Positions 12,801-24,800 of a stretch of 64,000 nucleotides of DNA are shown one piece after another. Made by a program: the position numbers and the translations under genes. The notes under the pieces are model-generated. The model was not told the origin of the DNA, ran no database searches, and saw nothing but the letters and a program-made list of their open reading frames with translations. Where the stretch lies: assembly GCF_031769215.1 (NCBI RefSeq), contig NW_026782569.1:1-64000 (forward strand), given 5' to 3'. The stretch is from Ylistrum balloti (lineage: Eukaryota). The first letter of the stretch is position 1; every line of letters begins with the position of its first letter.

Positions 12801-15800
12801 NNNNNNNNNNNNNNNNNNNNNNNNNNNNNNNNNNNNNNNNNNNNNNNNNNNNNNNNNNNNNNNNNNNNNNNNNNNNNNNNNNNNNNNNNNNNNNNNNNNN
12901 NNNNNNNNNNNNNNNNNNNNNNNNNNNGCATTATTTCATTTAATTGATCAAGATCCGCATGGCGGACGTCGTTGATACATTAGAAGACGCTTACCTTATA
13001 CAGGACGCTGTGTAAACGTCTCTCCTTATATTGCTCTCGTATAATCCATATTAGTTAATGTATAGTTCATGTTTTTCAAGAATTCTTAAATAACATCACA
13101 GACAGAGCCGGTGCTCCTTCAGCCAGAGTTATGTTTGAGTTCAGGCAGTAACTGGACGTAGCGAGAAACAGTACGTTGAACGGTTAAGAATAGCGATATT
13201 CCTTAATCAGAGGGGTTATTTTAGGAAGTTTTATGTACAAACATTGTTTATAAATGATAACTGTCATCGACTCTAACTGGAAAAATGTAGATCTCCAAGG
13301 TAACATGAATCAACGGACGCCTGACAAGTTATCTTTTCTAAATTTCTTAATTCCAGAACAACAAGAATATACCACTTGTCAACAAAATCATCATCTAAAT
13401 CCAAAGTCAATAAAACGAGGACAAACTGATCACTCCTGAAAAAGCAACTATGAGAATAAGACCATTTATTCCGGATGAGTTTTTTCAACAACACGCGCCA
13501 TGTAAATCTGTTTTAATCCAAGTTACGTCACATTCCCAAATGATATCACTGTAAACAACAACAGGAACCATTTGGCAAATGTAAACTAACGAGTATCAAA
13601 CACGTCCGACTTCATATTGCACGTGGAAATCGAATATATTTCCTAGTGGGATTACAATAGCGACCGTAAAACGTCCCCATTATTTTTATCTACCTGCATT
13701 TCTCCGAAGCATGTGTGTTGTTAGTTTGTCTGCTAGTTGCCGACATCTTGCATGAAAAAATGTGAAATTGAGATTAGCCCCTGAATAATGAATCAAAAAG
13801 ACCCACCGTTAAACTCAAGGAAAATATTGGAGAACGCTTCTATGAGGTGAACTGAGAAAGGAGTCAACTCCATCGATGTTTGTGAAGGGTGAATGAGTCT
13901 TTTCTTTTATCGACGACACTCGCCAATAAATATGATCCTTTACATAAAAGTGTCAATGTTTATGCTAGTAGATGCATTTTCTTTCGTTAGGTTATATGTC
14001 GAAATATTTAGTTTAAGTCTTTAAGTTTAACTTATAAAAAACGTGGATATATAAAAATATCATGATTTAGTTTCCATTTTTCATATGAAGTTTTCATTTT
14101 AACCTCGATTCTGTAAAGGTGAAGTGAGAAATGAGAGTTTTATAAATACAAATGTAGCAAATGAAATGGAAACTCGTGAAATATTATGTTAAACTGATAA
14201 CTTCGATGTTTTCGTACGATTGATATAAAATACAAGGAAATAACATCATGTCAACATAATCAAAATCCAATCTTACATTCAATACATCTAGGTGAAATAT
14301 GAACAAAAGGAAGATTTACACGGAGAATTCTTAAAACTTACAAGGAGAATAAGACCAGGTGTTCCGGAAGAGTAAGTGTCGTCTACTTAATCGACGACAC
14401 TGCCACACCAATCCAAGTCACTCCAAGTAGGTAATGGCACAAGGTTTACCACAACAATCTTAATGACCATAAAACGTCCCCATAATTGTTGACGAAGATA
14501 TTTTACTCAATATCTCTTCATTTGATAACTCACTTTGTACGCATCTATGAAATTATGGCGTCACAATTGAAACAATTGTTATAACCTGTATGACAATAAT
14601 CACGGGTGCTACACACTGATAAAACAAATATGTAACAGAAGAGACAAAACTGGCTATATTTTTTGGTAATCAGATTAGCATTGAATCTGAAAACAACATC
14701 ATCATAAATAGTATTTATATAAAAAGTACTGAACTATTTAAATATATACACTTTGTCATAAATTAGGGACTAACAATCTCTTAGACTGGGCCTAATTTTG
14801 TTCGCTATATTTAAGGAAGATATTCAATGGGAACAGCAACAAAACTTTACAAAGTCTATAGGGAAAGAGATCTACAGAACCGAAAGTGAAAGTAGGAGTG
14901 TCTTTATCACTTTTTGTAGATGTAGTTTGTAGTCTGACCATTCGAAGTTCCACTAAGGACATGCAAACGAAGTTTATATTTTGGAGGAAAACTTTCCCAA
15001 ACAGTTACACCGCCACCACCATCATTGTGCCTATGCTATACCGATGGATGTGCCGTATTTCTTGGTATCCAAACAAAAGTGCTGTCATTCGGACGTAGTA
15101 AAAGGTACTTTTTCATTCGAGAAGTGGCCTCTTCGCCAATTCATTATCTGCCATATCCGGTGGTCACGTACCCGTTGCAGTGTTGTTTGTTTGTGCTTTC
15201 AAGTTAACAGACGATGTTTTACTGGTCTTTTGTTCCCATGCGAACATTGACATTCCCTGTCCTCTGAACCTATTTGCAGTGGTGAATGTGGCTCGCCTTG
15301 CCTGTCTCCACGAAAGTCAATTTTCTCTATGTATAGTCTGCAATGTCCTGTTTATTGTTCATTAACAGAGAAATGACAGAATGGTTGACATTAACAAGGC
15401 ATTCGCTTTCCTGTATGCCATACCATTTCAGGGGCTTGCAATGTTTCAGCATTTGTTAAGTTTTGACGTTCAGTTATAAAATACCATCTCACTACATGCA
15501 TGATGTACTAGTTATATCTGTACAAACTTTGCTTAAAGTGTCAAAACAAACCTTTTACGTTGTTAGAGTGCGGGATACCTGAATTTAATCCTCCTTAAGT
15601 TTAGTGTATCGCCTGGTGACATACGTCTCCAAACATGATAAGGAGACATTGCAAGGAGCAAGACAAGGTTTATTTTCACAAAAGGAAAATTAAACTTTTT
15701 CTTAAAACATTTATACTCCAACTGATGGTCCCTAACTTATGTATAAGTGTATGTATTCAAAATACTCAGCAACTCATCAATATAACACAATCGTTATGTA

Positions 15801-18800
15801 GATATTTCCCTCGCTTTTTCCCGCCTTGTACGTTCTGAGATAGACATGATAATTCATCATAATACTGAATGGATTTATGGTTTGCTTTTGTAAGTGTAGA
15901 CATTAAGTAATTTCGATATACACATTCCTTCAAGTGTTTACCTGTTGTAGAGGACGATATCGGGCAGCCAAAGTTTCGTACATGGAATTCTCAATACTTC
16001 TAGTCCGTTATAATCCGCTGGGTCCCAGGACAGCTTCTCGTCATGCCATTCCTGTTATACAAATAATGATAGGTTAATTAGGAATTTACATCACAAAGGA
16101 ATCGACACTGCAGCTAAAACGTACTGATTTGTGAATTATTAAGAGAATTCAAATAATTGTAATACTAATATAATGCATCTATCTCTTCTGAGCCATGATT
16201 TTGACTTTTGGTTTTACACTTGATTCAAATTAACCGTAACGCCATCAAAATACTATCTACACATTCCTAAAATAATATGACACACATACAGAATAAACAG
16301 CTTACAACAAACATGCATTCCTGCATTGGAAAAGATCCCATTTCCGTGTACGATATGGTGCTAAATGTTTACAGTGCTCCTTAGAGTATTTAATAGATTT
16401 AATGTTATTAACAAGGTTCCTATTTTGAGTACATGAGACGGATTTGATAAGACTTAAATAACATGGCAGGTGTTGTAAATAGACCAAGAGAGGATTCTTT
16501 TTGTCAGACAATATTTTTTGACTTATCTGTCCTTGTGCTATTTCGATGGCTTCGCGTAAATCTTTATTTTGATCATATTAACCCATCGTTTCAAGTTTTT
16601 TTTTTTAGCGATGTCGCTGTTGTCTATTTTATTTTGTATTTCGTACACTTTCATTAAAATGTCAGAAAATCCAACAGATCTAAGTTTGACAAAAATAAAC
16701 ATATGTTAAAAACTAATTGATAATACATAAAGTACGTATTACACAATTTTAATAGACGAAAATTATATTATTGTTCTTTAATTGTAACATAGATCCCGAA
16801 GGTGTGCAAAATACTAGGCAGATAGTAAGTTTAGTCTTACCTGGTCAAGCCAGACGTTGATGGTTAACACTTGATTCCGTTCATCCTGTAACAATATATT
16901 AGCAATAATCAACGTAGGTATCCAGACACTTTAAAACTCCAGAACATGCACTCGCGTTTATGATTAATTGAAAAACACGTTCAATACTAACATGTACTAT
17001 GAATAGATAATTTTGTTTTTCGTGCAAGAATGAATGCAATTTTAAAAGTTTCAAAACTACAGATGAAACAGGATTATGACAGCTGAATTGATTTCCAAGA
17101 AACTAGATACAAAGCAACAAATAATCTGAAGACTGTATAACAAACCTGTCATCCATTTGGTCTTTAAAAAACTCCAAAACAGACAAATATTCTACAGTAT
17201 GAATGTCTGACAAAGGTAAATGTATATGCTCCAGGCTGGACGTAGAAGGAATGTACATGGTCCCTATTATTCAAAGGCTGAGTAGAGACAGATAGTAATT
17301 AGTGATTATTTTCCCCCAAATATGAAACAAACCAAACTGAGGCCATTCTGAATCATTTCAAGGCTGTGTATTCTTAAGACAGGTCAGATTGCTATTTTTT
17401 TGTTTTGATACTGAGTGTTAGTTTTGCTTTGAACGCTCTATTTAGTTTTATTTTTTATTCTTATTTAGCGACCACTGGTAAATTAAGACCGATTTGTCTT
17501 TTTTTCAGATCATTTATCAAGAGACTATTTAAAATATCAATCACGGACGGTTAGCAAATGTAAAGCATTATGAAATACCCTACAGACAAAAAGAACAGTC
17601 ATCGTATTTAGCTCTATTCAATGTAAAGCTTTTAAACCTATCGAATGACAACTAGCAGGTGTTGTATTGAAATATATTACTACTGCATCATGCAATATTA
17701 TGCAACGCCAAACGGGGAAGAGATATCGTTAGTTATTGATGCAAACAATAAGGCATTATATTACAATCAATTTTCTGCGTGACATAAGCATTATGTACAG
17801 TTGGCCAACCAGAAACGAAAATCAAAACCAACCTTAACAACCCCCTCTCTCCAATTCAAAAAACGATATAAATACATACTGAAATGGTTGCCAAAGTAAA
17901 GATGATTATTGATATATAGAGGATATTAACACTTGATTGCAATATTTTGTTTTGAAAGTGAATAATGTTTGGTCATATCTCTAATTAAACTAACAGTAAA
18001 TCTCTACTTGAAAATTAAGGGTATTTTGTATTTACACTTTTCTTCTGTAAAAGAGTCAAATTGCAGAACGTGAAAATTAAATATATATATATTTTTTATT
18101 TCTCACAGTCGCCTTCTGATATTTAAATCCCTGGCGTCATTGACAAGTCCTATAAAGAGGAAACAGCTGTATTGTGAAGTTTAATTAATCCATTTTGTGG
18201 CTATGTTGTTTAATTTGTGTGTTTGTGTGTGTGTGTGTTGCATCATGCTATTCACAGGCAAGCCTTTCATACAAATCACGGATTACATTTCCAAGGCTGC
18301 AATATTAAAATATCATCATCAATGCGTTGTGAAAACATCATATGATGTTAAGATACATGTTAGAACATAAGTGAAGATCAATGTCAATTAGTTAAGATAA
18401 ATGTGAGAGAGAAATGTTTCTATAATATTTCGATAAATTCTAGAAAATGAATTGATGAATGTACAGAAATATCGGTATTATATAATGCTTGGTAAACGAT
18501 TAATGAATGTGAAAGTTAATGGTGACGAAATTCAATAAATGCTTAATGATCTTCAAATTAATTCTGGCAAAAAATGAGAATTTTTGGCACAGAGTTAAGA
18601 TTAATTATGATACAAATTAGGGATGGAGTTAAAAAATGGGACAGAGTTACAATAAATTATGAGATAAAATTTAGGATGAATTCTTAAATCAATTAAAGAT
18701 ACATGGTAAAATCAGTGTAGGAATTACTTCTAAATGTTTTTGAAAATGCTAATGATTGCATTTCAGTCGAAAATATTTGTTTATTTGTGTTAATAACGAG

Positions 18801-21800
18801 CATTCCACTATTTGAGAGAAAGAGAATAGCATTACCTATTTATCATCCTCCGCAGACAGGAAGCAAATTGCATTGTATAAAGAAATAGCGCCTGATGAAT
18901 TCTACACTCTTTGATGCATGTCTTGGAACTATGCCAAGTAACCAGTCTGTCGTGTGAAGCAAGTATTATGACTCCTACTAACACGGTAAGTAATGAACCA
19001 CAATAATATTTTCTCCCAAAATAGATAAATAATGATAAAACATCATGATCATGACAAACAAGTTCTCATTTATATAACCTCACTTACTGTTTATATTGTT
19101 AAGATGCACATCTTTTATCAATCAATCGATAAAAAACAAATATTACTGAACTTGTGTCAGTATTGAACCCCACACGTTGCGTGAGCTGCATTGGAAACAT
19201 AGATTAACTTTAAGTGCTATATCGGAAAAAAAGGATGTGCTCTGTTTGTAGACTGCGTTTATAAACTTAAACATAGAAGACAAACCAGACTCTGATTGGA
19301 ACTGAAATATGTCATTTACTTAATTAACAAATGTTGACCGAAAAAAATTAAAATTACAATTTTCTGTTAAGTACCTGTACAGTTATCAACTGTACTCATC
19401 GTTTCCCAATCAGAGATATTTTAAGAGTATACTCAGGGCTACAAGGATGGGGATCAAATTACGCCGCCATGTAGCCATATATACAATTGGAAATGTCTGG
19501 CTACATCTCCCATTCACATTTACATTATTGTAGCATATGATCTGTTTTGCTGCTATAGTGACTTGACACAATCGTCCTTAAATTTAAAAAGCTACATGTA
19601 CACTTGAGTAATTATTGTCAGGCTTTCATAGATTATAGTTATAACATGTTTGTACGTCTGACTGTAGAACCTCGAGGAAAAAATCTTGTGTCGGAATCAA
19701 TATGTACAAATCGTGTGAGTTCCTTTTTCCTGTACCGGACATTGTCATCAAAGATAATGTTATATAAAGCGAATCGGTTATAAAGAGCATTTATGAGATT
19801 TAAATAATGTCATACCAAATGTGATATAAAAGGTATGACTCAATTGTGCTTTTAAAAATGTCTTTATTGTGTTGGTCTTTCCTTGTACTTTTCCATGACC
19901 ATCCGTGAAAACCATTCTTTAATTTATATATAGTGTCCGTGTAATTGAAAGATTATTTGTTATAAACAAAAGATGTGATATTAAATGGGTGCAGTAGAGA
20001 GTTCGATATTAAGCGTTGCCATGGTACATACTTCAACAACTATCTAAGCAATGAATGTTTGCAATGATGTTGGTATATACACATAACTCCAGTTGTTAAA
20101 ACTGACAAACGTAAAATCTTCATCCTTGTTATTAAAATCCATTTGAATACACCATCTTAGATCAATAATATTTGTTCAAACGAAAAATCCGTCTAGATAT
20201 CATATTGAAAGCAATGAATGTTTTTATGGGAATAACTGTAAAACTATTTGGTGAACTATTTCTTATTAATATCGATATTTCAAGAAACTTATTTTGCTTA
20301 ACTTTACTATTTCACTCTTTTGAATAATTAAATTTAGTTGTATTACAATTACATAAATGACGTTATCAAAAACTCACAACATTATCTACACGTCTTACTG
20401 GAAGAGTTGTTTATGTTTAACGTCGCACCAAGAGCCGCAGTAACTAAATGATGGTCTTCCCATGTATGCAAAGTAAACTCATTTGTTGAGCGTGTGTGTG
20501 AGTCTTCCTGAAACTGAAGTCGATAAATAGAGCATCTAAACTGAATTGCAATGTGTGCGTATGTCACAAAATATGTGTTAGGAAATATACAATGTGTATG
20601 TATAGGCTGAATCGGATATTATGATTTTGTGATATAAACCGACTATGTTATAATAAGCGAACGTGAGGTACACGTGGATAAATATATCGAAATTGTGTCT
20701 ATCAAATAATGCCTTTTCATTATTGTTGATAGGTTTATTTCCTACTTCTACAGATATTGACATTCTAGCATCAAACATGTATAACTTAAGTGGAGAATGG
20801 CGGAGTTATCTCATTCTTGTAATTACTTGCACCGGTTTCGTAATAGCAAAATTGCTCTACAAATTTTAGAGTGAATTCACTTAACCGTAATTCTAACGAC
20901 TTCATAGCACTCATCTTAAGTGTAAAATAAATTAAGGAATGATCTTAAGATGATACGCACGTGCTATGTAACCATAAATTTCAGATTAAAAGAACTATTA
21001 TTTAGATTTATGAGTAACTTTGAATAGTTTATACTGTGATGAACTACATTGCCTTTGTACCTTAAGAATCAGCGTTTGATTCTGACTTTAATATCTAGGT
21101 TCACGTTTTTTAATGTTTCAATATCACGCAATTCATGTGATACAAGGTCGACAACAACATGATTTTTATACATGTAAGTGGTTCCTCCCCAAATGGACTA
21201 TATATTGCAAAAGCCTCTATGAAAATGCACAATATGAACTAACAGCGGGTCATTTATGTGTAAGAGTGTTTATTTTAAAGAAAATAAATATTCTTATCAC
21301 ACTACATCTAAACAATAGAATAATTGAGAAAACATCTATCAAATGTTTAAAGTAAATAAAAAAAAGATGTGTTGAAATGTACAAGCTTCTTAAAAAGTGA
21401 AAAAAAAGTCATCTATATGTCCATATCTTATAACGTGAATATTATTGAACTGGGAAGAAAAAAAGTCTGGCATTATGATTGGACCATTTGTTGGAAGACT
21501 ACATATCTCACAGAATCTTTGACTACGTCATAGAGAGTAAAATTAGTAACTAGTTGTTGATGTTTGGGAATTCAAAACATATTTCTGACAGCAAAGGTGG
21601 TAGTGAAATACAAAAGTGCACGAAGGTTTGGTTTCAGATTGCTAAAGTAGATCACACAAATAAACTGTGACTACCATAAACACAAGAAATTGGCCCACAG
21701 TATGTATTATATCTCGCCGTATGTTACAGAGAAAGCGAGAATGAAGTTTCCCACAGCATGGATGGGTATCCACTGTAATTTGATTTAGACGAGAAGGTCT

Positions 21801-24800
21801 TCCAAGGGAGAACGCGTCAGTGATGATTTAGACCAAGATGTAAAAACCGCAATATATATCGTTTCATCTTATTTATGTATAGTTAATGTAATAACGTTTT
21901 CTTTTATTTCGTCGTAAAAAGTACATTATTAATATGTAACAACAGACTATTATACCCACAGGCGGCAAGTATTAGAAGAGTATGTCGGCTGATTTTAAAC
22001 CAGTCTCATGGGCCCTTCATGAAGAATGAACTAAAGATAGGATAACCCACAAAGAAATGATCAAACAAGTCAAATGCTTTAATAATGGAGGCTAATTTGT
22101 GGAAAATGTTATAATCCATACGGTTAGTGGGTTCTTTTTACGATGAATTCGCAATTTAGTGTTCATTAAATATATGAGGCAAAATTCACAAATAACATTT
22201 GTTGCTTTTTGCGTGTTGTAGATATTGGTTTCAACATGATATCAGAGTTTCATACTGATATGATACTATTGAACAATTAGATTTCATCGATTAAATTCTC
22301 AAACTGAAAAAAAATGAAATAATACAGTTTGTTGAATGCCTTGCAATATGATTATCTAATTTAAGAAAAGGTGCTTTCTTACAGGACCGAGTACTGATGA
22401 ACGACGATTATCGATCGGAAGGGATTCGGGAGTTTTCGTCATAGTTTTTCAGCCTCTTTCACAGTTCCGCTTCCTCCCGATCACTTCGTCATTCAAGAGT
22501 CTGGTCAAACACAGAGCGGCGTTTTTGTAATTCCGGTTTCAGTTACTATGTTAATACCATGATAGCAATGCGTGTTCGATCATTTCAAATCCGTGTTTCA
22601 AAGCAGTGATAGCTATATCTACAACAATTAGTATATATTAAAATAACCTAGAACAGAAGATGATGAAATTATCCTAACGGATACGGGAAAGGAACGTATG
22701 ATTTCGTCGCAGCCATATTTATAAGATCGTGTGTGTTGTTGACCAATGGAGTTGTCTACCAGATCATGGTATAACGCGTTTAGACATAACAAAATCACAT
22801 CATAAACTTTGTCCAGAAAACGAGACTACATAATTTTGAAGTCACTCCTTCTTCTGATTTGTTCTCGTTTATGTAATTATCATAACTCTGCTATCGTATT
22901 GGAAGAATTTTTTTACGTGCAACTCAAATCTGTACATTAAACAATGTTGAATACTATTAGATTTAAAGTATTTTAGAGTTTGAATAACTCCAATATCTCT
23001 TTTTATTATTTCGATTTAGATTACAATATAACCTCGTTTTAGCGAACTCTATTTCTCGAAGACACTGTTTATTTCGAAGCATCTTATGGTTTCACACTGA
23101 ATATTCAAGCTCAAATGAATCGAATGCTTGGATAACTCGAAGTTTTCCCATTGTCTCGCTGACTTCGAGATAATGAGGTTCGACTGCATATATTTTTTCT
23201 ATTTCACAATAAAACTGAATATGAAATATCTTATGCCAGCAGCCCTTATTTGACCGCTGAAGGATCGTCAAATTGTGTCTATTGTTAATATGAATACAAG
23301 TTAGGTGACAGATAAACAGAATGACCTCATATCAGAGGATGAACATATACTCCTGTGAATACAGTCCAAATCATCACTGAGTAAATGGGATGTCAAAAAG
23401 CAAAATGAAAATAGAAAACTTACGACATCAAATATCTGTGTGATGGTAAGTCCGATCTTGACGTTAACCGGATGTGACGCATTATAGACGGGTCGTGTTT
23501 TGTTATTATAAGACCTCATCAGGATCATTAGAAGTCTTTGTTCATCGGTCAGTCGGGGGTTTGTTTCCTTCAGGCAAGATTCCATAGTCTCGTTCTTCGT
23601 GTGAGCTGAAAAATAAATGTATGGACAGAATCCGATATTTATTTACACAAAACACGAGTTTGTCTGGACGCCTCTGGTCCGTTTGTTAACGTTCGCCATT
23701 TGTTCCTGAAAGGCAATTAGGCGGCAACCTAATGGACATGGCGTATTATCGTAAATCAAATTAGGAATAAACGCAATAGATTTTTATTACTCAAAGAACT
23801 GTATTGTACGATAATTTTCTTAATGTAAAATAATTAAATAATAATTTTACGGATTTAATGACTCCATGAAGGATACTTTTTTCATAAATGAAATAAGATA
23901 ATGAAAACACTGATGAGAAATAGACAAGCGCACAACAGTGCATGGTGATGATTAATGCTAGATTCTAAAAGTACAACTTCAAAATGCAAGGATTCTATGT
24001 CTTATCTTCGTACCGTAATATGTGACATTTATTTGATGTACAGGCTCCTTAACATCTAGTAAAATGGTGCTTATTCAGAATTTATGTTCCCATGTTCTAT
24101 TTCTGAAGAGTCGATCAAAAACTTGATTTATAGGAATATGTTTGATTTTTCCACATGTTCGGTATTTCTTTTCCACAGAACATACATATATCTAACGCCC
24201 AGATGTGTAAGAGCATGATCGTGTGGGAGCGGAGAGATTTGTTATTAAGCTGAAACAGACGCTTTACTCAATATCGTCCCGCAAACTACAGGTCTATAAA
24301 ATTCAGAAAATACAACAGACAAGCGTTTTGAAAGACACAACTGTTAATACATATATCTATTTTCTGTTTGTTTGTTTTTTCTTTATTTTTCAATAAAGCT
24401 AATTATAAAAGCAAAGATATGGATATGAATTCGTCTTATTCGAATTTGTGTGTATGCATAAGCCAATTTGTATATTTCCGTGTTGTAAGGTCTCACTGTC
24501 TCGTACCAACGCATATTTTAAATGAATAAACCATGTAAATGGTACATGTATTTGATGGGAAAACGGTGACATTTCATCTGTTTTTATTGAGAGTACAGAT
24601 CTTAAGCAGACAAATAACTAATGCCATAATATGTTATTTACTATTTAAATGGGCGTGCATTTTCAAGTGATTATTGTACGACATTATCAAAAATGTTTTC
24701 TAACGAAACTATGACAAAGTTATTTCCAGTCATACTCGTTTTACAAAGGACGATGATGGCTGTCCAGACATTTCTTGCTATGTGGTACAATAGAGTACTG

